DNA from: an uncultured Gammaproteobacteria bacterium
GTDB taxonomy: Bacteria; Patescibacteriota; Microgenomatia; Daviesbacterales; UBA10151
DNA length: 64,000 nucleotides
Assembly: GCA_964636275.1 (NCBI GenBank)
Contig: CAZWRN010000003.1
Span: forward strand, 4,423-68,422
Direction: 5' to 3'
The position numbers and the translations under genes were made by a program. The notes below the pieces were generated by a model, which saw only the letters and a list, made by a program, of their open reading frames with translations, did not search any database and was not told the DNA's origin. Below are positions 1-13,920 of this stretch, piece by piece (position 1 is the stretch's first letter; each line of letters starts with the position of its first letter).

Positions 1-50
1 TCATCGATAAATTATAGTCGAAACAGCCAGCTAGTTCAAACTATAAGTTA

Positions 51-682
51 TTATATTTTGCCGGCGAGGGGATTTTTGGCACGGATCTCTTTATTGGTAA
101 TTTTGCCCGAACTATCTACCTCATACACATAGGCTTCTCCTATGCCAAATTCAAGCGCCATCAGTTGATCTATAGATAAATCTTCCAAATACTTCACTAA
201 AGCGCGTAGTGAGTTGCCATGAGCAGCTAAAATCACATTTTTACCCTCTTTTAAAAGCGGTAATACGGTATCTTCATAAAAAGGAACTACTCTTTCATAA
301 ACTTTTTTCATGGTTTCACCTTCAGGAATTGGATGTTCCCAGCCTCTTCGGATATTTTGAAACTCTTCCTCCCCCACCTCTTCTTTAACTTCCCATTTAT
401 TTTTGCCGGTATATATTCCGTAATCTCTTTCATTTAAAGCTGCTGTTTGAGTAGTTGGCACATTAGTCTGGCCAATTTCATTAAATATGATTTCAAGTGT
501 TTGCTGAGCTCTTTTAAGTTTTGATACAAAAGCTTGATCGATCTGGATATCTTTTAAAGCCTCTGCTGTTGTTTTAGCGTCCTCTCTACCCTGATCATTC
601 AGGTCAACATCAGTCCAACCAGTCCATTTTCCCAACACATTCCATTCAGATTTAGAATGTCTCACGAGAATCAATTTAGCCA

Positions 683-683
<1 letters not shown>
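51..683 (-). CDS. gpmA: 2,3-bisphosphoglycerate-dependent phosphoglycerate mutase
   Basis: LVRHSKSEWN (RHG-like), WTGWTDVDL, LNERDYG and AAHGNSLRAL motifs; abuts eno. Confidence 0.93.
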
Positions 684-1978
<1,295 letters not shown>

Positions 1979-2017
1979 CTATAATAGTCCTGTCATTTAA
2001 ATTTGGCAACCCAGAAT

Positions 2018-3442
2018 TTAAAAATACTGATCTGGCAGGTCATTTTCAATCAAAATCACTGCATCTTTTTGAGCATTTTTATAAACAAAATCCAGAGCAT
2101 GAGAAGTGGATGACAGAAAATGAGCTTGATCCATCGGAAATGATCCCTCATTGAGTCCTTGCTTAAGTGCCTCTCTGGCGTATTCTCCTACGACAATAAC
2201 TAAATCAGCAACTTGAGCGATCTCTTTTCCTAGTAATCTATTTTCTACTTCACTCTGCTCACCTAGTTCAACTAGACCCGGTGTGATGACTATTTTCTGG
2301 CTACCGGGAGTAGATTTAAGCAGTTTAAGAGAAGCTCGAGCTGCTGTTGGATTGGTATTGTAAGAGTTATCAATAATTGTGAGATGACCAGCTTTTTTCA
2401 CTTCCAGACGGTGCTCAGTCGGCAAAATAAGTGCGGCTCGCTCCTGAATAGTTTTTAGTGGCAATCCCAACTGATAGGCAATGGCTGCTGCCGCTGCAAA
2501 ATTTATCGCATGATTTTCTCCAGCTAGAGGTAATTCAATCTTCAGCTTTTCATTTTTTACTCTGAGAATAAATTGAGTTGAATTGGTGTGCACTTTAATA
2601 TCCAGTGCTTGGACATCTCGGCCTTCTTTGGCTCCAAAAAAGACCTGTTTAATCCCGTCATATTCAGGATAAAGCTGATTAGTCCATTCATCATCAGCAT
2701 TTAAGAAAAGAAATCCATCCGAAGGGATCGCCTTTGCGAGTTCAAATTGAGTTTTAGCCAAGGCTTCCATTGAGCCAAATCTCTCCAAATGTTGTGCTCC
2801 AATAGCGGTAATAATCCCTAAGTTTGGCCTAATAATTGAACAGAGTTTTTTGATCTCACCAGGATGATAGGCATCCATTTCAACAATAAATATTTGGGTT
2901 GTCTCTTTGACATCCCGCAAAAAAGACCGGGCAATACTGACTTCAGTATTATAACTTTTCGGTGTTTTGACCGTATAAAAGTCTTTCCAAAGCAATGTAT
3001 ACAGCATATTTTTAGTACTGGTTTTGGCAAATGAACCTACTATAGCTACCACCTTAAGATCTCTTAGTTGTTTTTGCTTATGACGAACTGAGCGAAAAAG
3101 TTTATTTTTTGAATACGACTCCAATGGAGCAAAAATCAGATTGGCAAATACCAAAAAAAATGGACTAAAAGCTGTATATAACAACAGAAAAAAAGGCAGC
3201 ATCACGAGGCTTTTAAATTGAGTAATACTGGAAGCAAAGGCAAAGAAAATTATCAAGATACAGGAAACAAGATACAAAATGCGGGCTTTAGAGGTCCAAA
3301 CTAAGGTGTGCTTTCGCTGTAAGCCGCGTTTAAACGGATACTTAAAAAACCACTTGATAAAATCCCCGGCTTCATATTCATAGAGCTGATAAATATACAG
3401 ATGATCTGCTATTGGCAATAGTTGGTTAATTAGTTTTCTCAT
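2018..3442 (-). CDS. murF: Mur ligase, MurF-like, with N-terminal membrane segment
   Basis: AIVGSFAKTSTK P-loop, TPKSYNT, VEMDAY, HLERFG, DNSYNTNP, TPGLVELG; C-terminal ENDLPDQY. Confidence 0.8.
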   Translation of the reverse strand: MRKLINQLLPIADHLYIYQLYEYEAGDFIKWFFKYPFKRGLQRKHTLVWTSKARILYLVSCILIIFFAFASSITQFKSLVMLPFFLLLYTAFSPFFLVFANLIFAPLESYSKNKLFRSVRHKQKQLRDLKVVAIVGSFAKTSTKNMLYTLLWKDFYTVKTPKSYNTEVSIARSFLRDVKETTQIFIVEMDAYHPGEIKKLCSIIRPNLGIITAIGAQHLERFGSMEALAKTQFELAKAIPSDGFLFLNADDEWTNQLYPEYDGIKQVFFGAKEGRDVQALDIKVHTNSTQFILRVKNEKLKIELPLAGENHAINFAAAAAIAYQLGLPLKTIQERAALILPTEHRLEVKKAGHLTIIDNSYNTNPTAARASLKLLKSTPGSQKIVITPGLVELGEQSEVENRLLGKEIAQVADLVIVVGEYAREALKQGLNEGSFPMDQAHFLSSTSHALDFVYKNAQKDAVILIENDLPDQYF

Positions 3443-3450
3443 GTTTACTT

Positions 3451-3525
3451 TCTGCCTTCAGTTGTCGGCTATCAGCGTCTCTTTTTTTCTGCTAACTGCG
3501 GAAAGCTGATGGCTGATTGCTAATT
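3451..3525. repeat. Inverted pair of 7-bp periodic arrays
   Basis: tcagttg-tcggcta-tcagc ... gctaact-gcggaaa-gctgatg-gctgatt-gctaatt; one arm carries the stop codon of the hydrolase gene. Confidence 0.7.
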
Positions 3526-4272
3526 CGCAAAATCTTTCACCCAATAAACAAACATTTTGGGATTATCCAGATGCGGATGATGCCCAGCGCCTTCTATCAT
3601 TTCAAATTTAGATTTTGGAATCATTTTGTATATCTTTCTTCCATTTGCAAGCGATGCTTCCATAGTTGGATCATTTTCGCCCCATAAAAGCAGAGTTTCT
3701 GTTTGGATTTTTTTAATTTCTTTGGTTAAATCTTCATCCAGAATCAATTTAAGTGTCTCTTTCAACTGTCCAGCATTCAAGTAGTCAGATTCAATATTTT
3801 TATAAAAAAAATGTCTGACCAGCTTTTTAATCCCCCAAATTTCCGGAAATAAAACATTAAAAATTTTAGCGCCCATGTAGGCAATAGACTTAAAACCATC
3901 TCGTTTTGGCTTTATACCAGCTGAATCCTCCAAGATTATCTTCTCCGCAATCTCCGGATATTTTGAAACTAGCTTGATGGTAGTACGTCCTCCATGAGAA
4001 TGTCCTAGTATTACTGGTTTTTTGATTTTTAATTCCTCCAAGAAAGCTTTTACTGTTTCAGCATAATCACTGACAGTAAATGGTTTTTTTGGCATTTCAC
4101 TCCGGCCAAAACCAGGCAAATCTACCAGCCAAACTGTAAAATCCTCTTTCAGATCCTGAGCTACCTGCCAAAAAGATGACACATCATTGGCCCAGCCATG
4201 CAGCATGACTAAATCTTGACCCTTACCGATTTTTTGATAATAAACTTCTTGATCATTTACTGTAGTAAACAT
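3520..4272 (-). CDS. Alpha/beta fold hydrolase
   Basis: LHGW, DLPGFGRS, GHSHGG nucleophile elbow, WGEND, AGHHPH. Confidence 0.9.
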   Translation of the reverse strand: MFTTVNDQEVYYQKIGKGQDLVMLHGWANDVSSFWQVAQDLKEDFTVWLVDLPGFGRSEMPKKPFTVSDYAETVKAFLEELKIKKPVILGHSHGGRTTIKLVSKYPEIAEKIILEDSAGIKPKRDGFKSIAYMGAKIFNVLFPEIWGIKKLVRHFFYKNIESDYLNAGQLKETLKLILDEDLTKEIKKIQTETLLLWGENDPTMEASLANGRKIYKMIPKSKFEMIEGAGHHPHLDNPKMFVYWVKDFAN

Positions 4273-4423
4273 ATCTTTATTCTAAATAACTCGCATCAAA
4301 TAATATAGTGCTCTAAACTTTAAAGCTATAGTTTTTGAAATGTAATTATAATACAAAAAGCTTGTTGGATAAAGCTAAATTGGGTAATTGACAACCGCTC
4401 TTCAATAGGAGAATAATAAATAC

Positions 4424-4795
4424 ATGTTCTCACAACTCGGCAATTTTGGTTATAAAAGAACCGCACTTCAAGCCGTTGGTTTTTATATTGCTTATCTAGT
4501 TTTCACTATCATTACTGCTGCCTTAGCTGGCATGGTATTGGGAGGAGTCACTGGAAATAATGATTTTGAATTTGGCAAGAAAGTTGGCATAGTGGTAGCT
4601 ATAGTCATGACACTGGTTTTTTCTTTCCTCATTCTTCAAGCTAAGAAAATGACAAACAACTATATGTATCTGCTTTTGGCAGTAGTTGTTGGTATATTGT
4701 CTTTTGTGGGTGGTGGTCTACTCGGATTAATAATTCCGGCTTATCTGACAACACGAGGTAGCGATTCTTCATCAAAGAAAAAAGGTAAAAAATAA
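4424..4795 (+). CDS. Small multi-pass membrane protein, unknown function
   Basis: About 4 hydrophobic segments, Lys-rich tail; TTGACA and AGGAG upstream. Confidence 0.7.
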   Translation: MFSQLGNFGYKRTALQAVGFYIAYLVFTIITAALAGMVLGGVTGNNDFEFGKKVGIVVAIVMTLVFSFLILQAKKMTNNYMYLLLAVVVGILSFVGGGLLGLIIPAYLTTRGSDSSSKKKGKK

Positions 4796-4805
4796 TCTGT
4801 AAATC

Positions 4806-5288
4806 TTATCTGGCAGTCTCTAGACCTCTCAGAAAAGCAACTTTCCAACCTCTTTGTTCAAGTTTAACAGGAAACTGAAAATGGAGATCAATTGTTGGAG
4901 TGGCAATTGTAGCCGAATCAATTAAAGCATATGTTCTTCCCAGAACTTCACGATGTGTTAACTCTTCTACACTGATAACGTTAAAATGACTCAGTCTGCC
5001 CCCTACCGCAAGCGACATCAAATCCTCAAAGGAAGGTAATGACAAACTTCTTTGATCCTCATCTGTGATCAAATCATAAGCTCTTCTGGCCGGACCTCTT
5101 CTGTTTACATATCCTCCTATACCTGATTCTAACGATGAAACCCATTGATAGCCAAATTCAGATAAGACTCTTTTGGCCGATTCTTCACTTGGTTTTAAAA
5201 GACGATCCGGATGTATCATTGTTGAGGTGAGTCTACCGAAAGATTCTGTCAATTGCAAGATTAAACTTTCTTCCGCGGTCAAATTCAT
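4806..5288 (-). CDS. Hypothetical protein (start uncertain)
   Basis: Open frame filling the gap after murD; no recognisable motif; 5' end overlaps murD. Confidence 0.4.
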   Translation of the reverse strand: MNLTAEESLILQLTESFGRLTSTMIHPDRLLKPSEESAKRVLSEFGYQWVSSLESGIGGYVNRRGPARRAYDLITDEDQRSLSLPSFEDLMSLAVGGRLSHFNVISVEELTHREVLGRTYALIDSATIATPTIDLHFQFPVKLEQRGWKVAFLRGLETAR

Positions 5289-6552
5289 TTTGAAAGAAAT
5301 TAAAAGAGGTCGCACCAGGTGAAAAAAGAACGGTATCACCTTCTTTTGCTTCTAGCCTCAAATCTTTGAGCAAAGCATCAAAATCGATATAAGTACTTCT
5401 TTGGATACCGCGATGCTCTATCAGAGGCTTTAGTTTATCGGTAGCTGTCCCATCGATAAAATAGACTGCTTTGACCCGCCGGTCGATTTCATGAGCCAGT
5501 TTCTCATACGGCAACCCTTTATCCATCCCTCCAACGATTAAAATTGGGCTTTTGATCGCCTCCAAAGCCTTGATGGTGGAGTCAGGCATGGTGGATGCTG
5601 AATCATTATATATTTTAATTCCATTTATTTTTTTTATCAGTTGCAGACGAAACTCATTTCCTTCAAACTGATTCATTGATTCCAATGCTTGCTCTTGGCT
5701 TAAACCAAGTTGTAAGGCTACTTTTAATGCTGCAGCATAATTTGCTAAATTGTGATCTCCCAATAAAGTTGGTTCAAAATCCTCAGGCAGATCATCAACT
5801 GAAAAACGGGTGATTTGAGATTTTATTTCAGCTAAAAACTGTTTAGTATCGACCATTGAATCATCCTTTTGAATAAATAACCAGTCTTGAGATGTCTGAT
5901 ACAAACCGATTACTTTTTTAGCCTCTGAGTACTCATCCATTGAGGAATAATAATTGAGATGATCAGGTAAAATATTAGTTATCACAGCAATGTGAGGTGA
6001 GACATGGTGTTTTGCACAAGCTTCTAACTGAAAAGAAGAGAGCTCCAACACAACTTTTGTTTGATCTGAGATAACATCCAGTGAGTCTAAGACACTTTTG
6101 CCGATATTTCCAGCTAATATGACTTCCGGAAAAGCCTCTTTCAAAGCATAATAAATCAGGCTAGAAGTGGTTGACTTACCTTTTGTGCCTGTGACTCCAA
6201 TCATTTGAGATGGTGAGACAAATTGTAAAAAGATGCCGACATCTGTTTCAACAGGTTTTCCAGACTTTTCCGCATAGACTCGGTATTCATTGTCTGGACG
6301 CAATGCTGGATTGCGAATAATAATATCCGCCCAATCAATATCCTCATAGCGATGTTCACCCAAAATATATTGGATATCAGGAAATTCGCCCAGTTTGTCT
6401 AATGAACTTTTAAGAACTTCACGGGTTTTAAGATCTGTAACTCTGACCTGGGCTCCATTTTTGGCAAAAAATCTGGCACTCCCCACTCCCCCTTCATTGA
6501 GTCCAAGCCCTAATATAAGTATTTTTTTGTCTTTAAACTTATCAGTTTGCAT
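5233..6552 (-). CDS. murD: UDP-N-acetylmuramoyl-L-alanine--D-glutamate ligase
   Basis: GVTGTKGKSTT, GNIG, LELSSFQL, PDHLN, NDSAST, GGMDKG, LFSPGATSF..F.NEFDRG. Confidence 0.95.
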   Translation of the reverse strand: MQTDKFKDKKILILGLGLNEGGVGSARFFAKNGAQVRVTDLKTREVLKSSLDKLGEFPDIQYILGEHRYEDIDWADIIIRNPALRPDNEYRVYAEKSGKPVETDVGIFLQFVSPSQMIGVTGTKGKSTTSSLIYYALKEAFPEVILAGNIGKSVLDSLDVISDQTKVVLELSSFQLEACAKHHVSPHIAVITNILPDHLNYYSSMDEYSEAKKVIGLYQTSQDWLFIQKDDSMVDTKQFLAEIKSQITRFSVDDLPEDFEPTLLGDHNLANYAAALKVALQLGLSQEQALESMNQFEGNEFRLQLIKKINGIKIYNDSASTMPDSTIKALEAIKSPILIVGGMDKGLPYEKLAHEIDRRVKAVYFIDGTATDKLKPLIEHRGIQRSTYIDFDALLKDLRLEAKEGDTVLFSPGATSFNFFQNEFDRGRKFNLAIDRIFR

Positions 6553-7099
6553 CTTCTAATTCTTTCAAATACCTACCCAATTTTTCAACCGCCTGCCGCC
6601 TGGGAGACGTTAATGTATATTCATCTTCAGTCATTTCGCCACGAGTTTTATCATAACCATCAGGAATAAATGTCGGATCCCAACCGAAACCACGATCCCC
6701 TTTTGGCTTGGGAGCAATAATCCCTTTCATTACACCCGAAAATATTTTAACTTCTTTACCATCATAATACCCAAAATTAACGCTTGCTGTAGCAGATTTA
6801 TCGGGATAATTATTTACTAACTTACAAATACCTTCTGTTCCTAATTCATGAAGGAAAAATTTGATAAACGGTCCTGGTAGTTTTCCTAAGGCATGATACA
6901 CTACAAAAGTATCCTCCACGACTACTGGTTTTTTTAATTGAGAATATGCTTCTTTTACTTTATGGGTAACAACATCCTCTACATCCAGTGACTGGATTTC
7001 TGTCAAATCAAGCTTAATATGCTCAATTTCAACCCCCAGGTACTTAGACATCAAGTCGGCTTTATTTTTATTACCTGTTACAAATGTGATCTTAGTCAT
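6542..7099 (-). CDS. Non-canonical purine NTP pyrophosphatase (HAM1/ITPase family)
   Basis: FVTGNKNK, EIQS, VEDT, LPGPFIK, FGWDPTF, SPR motifs. Confidence 0.9.
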   Translation of the reverse strand: MTKITFVTGNKNKADLMSKYLGVEIEHIKLDLTEIQSLDVEDVVTHKVKEAYSQLKKPVVVEDTFVVYHALGKLPGPFIKFFLHELGTEGICKLVNNYPDKSATASVNFGYYDGKEVKIFSGVMKGIIAPKPKGDRGFGWDPTFIPDGYDKTRGEMTEDEYTLTSPRRQAVEKLGRYLKELEDAN

Positions 7100-8397
7100 T
7101 GTTTCAAATAATTTCTGGCGATAGCATCAATATCTCCCGCTCCCATGCAAATGACAACATCCATCTGATCCAATCCGATCTCATCCGATTTATCTGATTT
7201 CATCTGTCTCAAGGCTTCTTCAACATCTGATACATAAGTAACTGTTCCCATACCAATTGCCTCCACTAACATTCGTGAACTGATGGTTCCTGGATCGTTT
7301 TCGCGCGAAGCAAAAATATCGGTAATAATGATCTGATCTATCGGGGCTCGCTGTAAAACATCGACAAAATCATCAAACAGCAGCTTGGTTCGAGAGTAAA
7401 GATGAGGTTGAAAAATAAGTCCAATTTTTTTATTCGGATGTTTCTCTCTCGCCGCTTCCAATGTCACAAAGACCTCTCGTGGATGATGTGCAAAATCGGA
7501 ATAATACACCTGTCCGTCTTTTTCACCAATTTTTTCAAACCGCCGACCAATCCCAGTAAAGGAATTAAGGCTCTCTATCATTTGTGATGGCTCAATTTCG
7601 AGCAACAACCCTGCCTGAAAAGCGGCTTTGGCATTGGCGATATTAAACTCCCCTGGCACCTTCAGATCAAAGTCGACATCAATCTTATTAAAATCCATTA
7701 CCTCAATTGAGGATTTTTTCATCGCCCATTTCACCACTTCAGCTACATGAATATCAATCATGTAGGCTACCACCACCTCTTTGGTTTTTACTAAAAAGTC
7801 TTCAAAAGACTGCTCAATATGCTCCATATCTTTAAAAAACTCTAAATGATCTATATCAATGTTGGTGACAATAGTCAGATTGGGCTGATATGACATAAAA
7901 TTGTTGTTGTATTCATCTGCTTCCACTATCAGAAATTTGGACTTCCCTATCCGGTAGTTGGTCCCCCATTCTTTGATTTTAGCGCCAATAACTACAGTTG
8001 GATCCAGCTGGGCATCTGCTAAAATTTTCGCCACCATCGCCGTAGTCGTAGATTTACCATGTGTCCCACAGATAGCAATCACATATTTGTCTTTGGCTAA
8101 ATAAGTTCCTAAAAACTGCTGCCAGGTCATAATCGGCAGCTTGAGCTCTTTAGCAGCCTGCAGCTCAGCATTGTGAGGATCAGCGATTTCGATAGCCGGG
8201 GAAACTATCACCATATCTACCCCTTTCAAATGCCCCATCGAGTGTTCTACAAAAATAGATTCGGGTGTAAATAATGATGAGTATTCCCCTGTCAGATGTC
8301 GGTCACAACCTGTTACTATAAAACCTTGTTCTTTAGCCAAAGCTGCCACAGCTGAGGCTCCGCTTCCTTCGATACCGATAAAATGTAGATGATTCAT
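7096..8397 (-). CDS. murC: UDP-N-acetylmuramate--L-alanine ligase
   Basis: HFIGIEGSGAS, GTHGKSTTT, EADEY, DFAHHP, FQPHLYSRT, MGAGDI. Confidence 0.95.
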   Translation of the reverse strand: MNHLHFIGIEGSGASAVAALAKEQGFIVTGCDRHLTGEYSSLFTPESIFVEHSMGHLKGVDMVIVSPAIEIADPHNAELQAAKELKLPIMTWQQFLGTYLAKDKYVIAICGTHGKSTTTAMVAKILADAQLDPTVVIGAKIKEWGTNYRIGKSKFLIVEADEYNNNFMSYQPNLTIVTNIDIDHLEFFKDMEHIEQSFEDFLVKTKEVVVAYMIDIHVAEVVKWAMKKSSIEVMDFNKIDVDFDLKVPGEFNIANAKAAFQAGLLLEIEPSQMIESLNSFTGIGRRFEKIGEKDGQVYYSDFAHHPREVFVTLEAAREKHPNKKIGLIFQPHLYSRTKLLFDDFVDVLQRAPIDQIIITDIFASRENDPGTISSRMLVEAIGMGTVTYVSDVEEALRQMKSDKSDEIGLDQMDVVICMGAGDIDAIARNYLKQ

Positions 8398-8398
8398 A

Positions 8399-8470
8399 TA
8401 GTAAATAGAAATTAGTGATTAGTGATTAGTTTAAATTTTTTTATTCTCTAATCTCTATTTACTAATCTCT
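8399..8470. repeat. Inverted pair of 7-bp periodic arrays
   Basis: tagtaaa-tagaaat-tagtgat-tagtgat-tag ... ctaatct-ctattta-ctaatct; second arm overlaps the glmU 3' end. Confidence 0.8.
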
Positions 8471-9201
8471 TTATATAGCCTATTCGCTTCGGCTAATTCT
8501 TCTGGTGTATTCACCCCAAACCATTCTGATTTATTTTGCAGCAGATAAATATTAATCTTTTTCCCCTGATCTTTAGCCATATTCATCAGCTCTGTCAGAT
8601 AATACTCCCCTTTGGTTGAATTTTTTTCAATCTTATCAATATGTTCTTTCAACCAGCTGTAATCAAATAAATAGACTCCGCAATTGACCTCTGAACTAGT
8701 CAGATTGAGCTGAGAATAATCCGAGTATTCTAAAAGCTGGTCAAACTCTCCATTTGCCTTTCGAAAAACTTTGCCCATCCGCTCTTTCTCAGGATCAACC
8801 AGAGTCATCATTGTAATGACTGATTTGGAATCTTCATGCGAAGATATCAACTCACGAAGTGTTGAAGGTGAATAAAAAGCTGAATCATCGCCTCCCACCA
8901 CCAATATCGTTTGGTAGTTGTTTGTCATTTTCTGAATAGCACTTCTGACAGCATCGCCTGTGCCCAATGGTTCAAGTTGCTGGGCAAAATTTACATTAAA
9001 GATCGGTGCGATAGCATCCACAACCTCTTGGGATTTATATGAAACAACAGTAAAAATGTCTGATATCCCTAAAGCCTGAATATTACGAATAGTATGAAAA
9101 ATCATCGGTTCTCCACCAATCTCGTGGAGGACTTTAGGTTTCTCAGATTTCATTCTGGTTCCTTTTCCACCAGCCATTATTACTGCTGCAATCTTTTGCA
9201 T
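8455..9201 (-). CDS. glmU: GlmU-like N-acetylglucosamine-1-phosphate uridylyltransferase (N-terminal domain only)
   Basis: MAGGKGTRMKSEKPKVLH, LGTGDAV, EVNCGVY, GEYYLT, GVNT; lacks the hexapeptide acetyltransferase domain. Confidence 0.8.
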   Translation of the reverse strand: MQKIAAVIMAGGKGTRMKSEKPKVLHEIGGEPMIFHTIRNIQALGISDIFTVVSYKSQEVVDAIAPIFNVNFAQQLEPLGTGDAVRSAIQKMTNNYQTILVVGGDDSAFYSPSTLRELISSHEDSKSVITMMTLVDPEKERMGKVFRKANGEFDQLLEYSDYSQLNLTSSEVNCGVYLFDYSWLKEHIDKIEKNSTKGEYYLTELMNMAKDQGKKINIYLLQNKSEWFGVNTPEELAEANRLYKEISK

Positions 9202-9264
9202 AAATCAGATTATACTCTTTTTTAGGCTTAAAATAACAATAGATAATTTGGGGAAAGTAGTAGA

Positions 9265-11352
<2,088 letters not shown>

Positions 11353-11442
11353 AAAAAATCAAGTGAGTGGAGTGTAACAGACTGAAAAAGATTATGCAAC
11401 ATCTTTATGGTAGATTATCCCATTACAACAAGACAATCACCT

Positions 11443-12069
11443 CTATTTTTTAGCTACAGTAAGACTTACCATTAAAAAATCGCTTACAGCTTTAGCCGAA
11501 ACATTTTGATTTATCCATTTCAAACATGTAAGTACTTGTTGTAAATCAGGCATCAACTCCGGATGCTTCGGCAGTTGATCATAATAATAGCTTGCTAGGG
11601 ACTCAACAATACCTTTACGATCCTCTTTTTTCTCAATTTTATCCAATCGATCTTCGATTGAAAGAGAAAGTAAATCAAAGACACCAGATGTATCAATTTT
11701 TATATTATTATCAGACAAATAACGTATCTCACAACGAGACAGTACTGTTGGTAATAGTAAGGTATCAGTAGCAATACCAAGTAATATCAAACAATCACCA
11801 ACTGGTTCTTCAAGAATTTTCAACAAACCATTTTGAGCATCCAATGAGATTGATTCAACTGATTGAAATATAATCACCTTCTTAGTACTACCAGTGCTTT
11901 TCCAAAGCAAATGGCTGCCAATTTTTTTAATCTGTTCAACCCCTATTTTATCTGAAAATACCAAAACATCCGGGTGATTAATATTTAGTCCGTATAAAGT
12001 CAGTTCCTGAGAAATAGCCTGGTTTGTTTGATTTAAATCTGGGCTGATAAAAATGATCGGAAGAGGCAT
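11443..12069 (-). CDS. holB: Short DNA polymerase III delta-prime-like protein
   Basis: HPDV, IGVEQIK, AQNGLLKILEEP, LLPTVLSRC; no N-terminal Walker A or Zn module. Confidence 0.75.
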   Translation of the reverse strand: MPLPIIFISPDLNQTNQAISQELTLYGLNINHPDVLVFSDKIGVEQIKKIGSHLLWKSTGSTKKVIIFQSVESISLDAQNGLLKILEEPVGDCLILLGIATDTLLLPTVLSRCEIRYLSDNNIKIDTSGVFDLLSLSIEDRLDKIEKKEDRKGIVESLASYYYDQLPKHPELMPDLQQVLTCLKWINQNVSAKAVSDFLMVSLTVAKK

Positions 12070-12098
12070 TGTGGTATAAACAACTTATACTACACACA

Positions 12099-12127
12099 TT
12101 GACAGATATAAAGCCCCCTTCCATAAT
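12099..12127 (+). promoter_or_regulatory. Sigma70-type promoter of the pilus operon
   Basis: TTGACA-N17-CATAAT, 32 nt before the pilB ATG. Confidence 0.75.
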
Positions 12128-12159
12128 GTATTAAGACCCGTTCTTCGGGTTTCTGCCTT

Positions 12160-13869
12160 ATGGATGAATCACAATTATCGGTCGCTGACATACTGACCAA
12201 TCAAGGGATACTGAGCAAGGATCAACTATCTCAGATCAAGCTGGAAAGTATCAACTCCAATATTCCTCAGGAGAAAATTTTGCACGATCGGGCACTCGCC
12301 TCTCCACAGCAAATAGCCCAAGCCAAAGCTCAAATCATGGGTATTCCTTACATCGAACTAGAGGGTATGGATAGTGCAGGTATATCACCGGAGGTGCTCA
12401 ATTTGATCCCGGAACAGGTTGCCCGCAGATACAAACTTATCCCTTTTAAATCTGAAGGTGATGTCTTATCAGTTGCTATGGCCGATCCACTGGATTTACA
12501 GGTAACTCAATTTTTGGAGAAAAAAACTAATCATCGAGTCAAACGCTTCTATGCCTTAGAAGATGATATCCAAAAATCAATTTACAATCAGTACTCACAA
12601 AACCTCACAACCGATGTCGAATCAGCTCTTAAAGAGGTATCTATCCAAACAACAGATGAGAAAAAAGCTTCAGATTTAGACCAAACTGAGGTGATTCGTG
12701 AAGCGCCTGTGGCAAATATTGTAACTCAGCTTTTAGAATATGCCGTTAAATCAAAAGCTTCGGATATTCATATTGAACCAGAGGAAAATCAAACCCGTGT
12801 CCGATATCGAATAGACGGCATACTGCATGAAAAAATTCTGCTACCCAAAAAAGTTCATGATGCGGTGATATCGCGAATCAAAATCATGTCAAATTTGAAA
12901 ATAGATGAACGTCGTTTACCTCAGGATGGAAGATTTAGTTTCACTGCTCGTAACACCAGTTTTGATCTTCGGGTATCCTCCTTACCAACTGTTTTTGGCG
13001 AAAAAGTTGTGATGCGACTTTTACCAAAAGCCGATACACCACCAACGTTACAGGATCTAGGATTAAGGGCAACTGCACTTAAAACACTCGAAACGCAATT
13101 AACCAGGACACACGGTATTATTTTAATCTGCGGACCAACTGGATCAGGTAAAACTACAACATTGTATTCCGTTCTTTCACGCCTCTCCACTACTAAAGTC
13201 AACATTCTGACAGTAGAAGATCCTGTTGAGTATCACATCATGGGGGCCAACCAAGTACAGGTTAATCCTTCAATTGGGCTGACTTTTGCCTCCGCTTTGC
13301 GATCATTCTTGCGCCAAGACCCCAACGTAATATTGGTAGGTGAGATTCGGGATGCTGAAACAGCCGATCTAGCTGTCCAGGCTGCTTTAACTGGACACCA
13401 GGTTTTTTCTACCCTCCATACCAATACTGCAGCCGGTGCGTTACCGCGTCTTTTAGATATGGGGATTGAACCTTTCTTAATCGCGTCATCGGTTAATGCT
13501 ATCCAGGGGCAACGAATTTTAAGAAAAATTTGTGATCACTGTAAATATCCTTATAATCCACTTCCTGAGATAATACAGAGTATTCAATACGTCTTAGGAC
13601 CATTATTAACCAAAAAAAGCTTTCAACTATATAAAGGAAAAGGCTGTAATGAATGCGGCAATTTAGGCTATCAGGGTCGGGTCGGTATTTTTGAAGTTTT
13701 ACCAGTTTCAGAAAAAATCATGCGCCTAATATTGGAGCGAGCATCTGCAGCAGAAATAGAAAAACAGGCGGTTGCTGAAGGGATGATCACTATGAAACAA
13801 GACGGGTATTTGAAAGTCTTAGATGGCCTCACATCTATCGAAGAGGTACTTCGTGTAGCCCAAGACTAG
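12160..13869 (+). CDS. pilB: Type IV pilus assembly ATPase PilB/GspE
   Basis: N-terminal T2SSE_N-like region, ASDIHIEP, GPTGSGKTTT, LRQDPNVILVGEIRD, CxxC...CxxC Zn motif. Confidence 0.95.
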   Translation: MDESQLSVADILTNQGILSKDQLSQIKLESINSNIPQEKILHDRALASPQQIAQAKAQIMGIPYIELEGMDSAGISPEVLNLIPEQVARRYKLIPFKSEGDVLSVAMADPLDLQVTQFLEKKTNHRVKRFYALEDDIQKSIYNQYSQNLTTDVESALKEVSIQTTDEKKASDLDQTEVIREAPVANIVTQLLEYAVKSKASDIHIEPEENQTRVRYRIDGILHEKILLPKKVHDAVISRIKIMSNLKIDERRLPQDGRFSFTARNTSFDLRVSSLPTVFGEKVVMRLLPKADTPPTLQDLGLRATALKTLETQLTRTHGIILICGPTGSGKTTTLYSVLSRLSTTKVNILTVEDPVEYHIMGANQVQVNPSIGLTFASALRSFLRQDPNVILVGEIRDAETADLAVQAALTGHQVFSTLHTNTAAGALPRLLDMGIEPFLIASSVNAIQGQRILRKICDHCKYPYNPLPEIIQSIQYVLGPLLTKKSFQLYKGKGCNECGNLGYQGRVGIFEVLPVSEKIMRLILERASAAEIEKQAVAEGMITMKQDGYLKVLDGLTSIEEVLRVAQD

Positions 13870-13920
13870 GTGACAGCAAGTTTAATCTACTTGCTCCATC
13901 TATTGAAAAAAATAATAAAA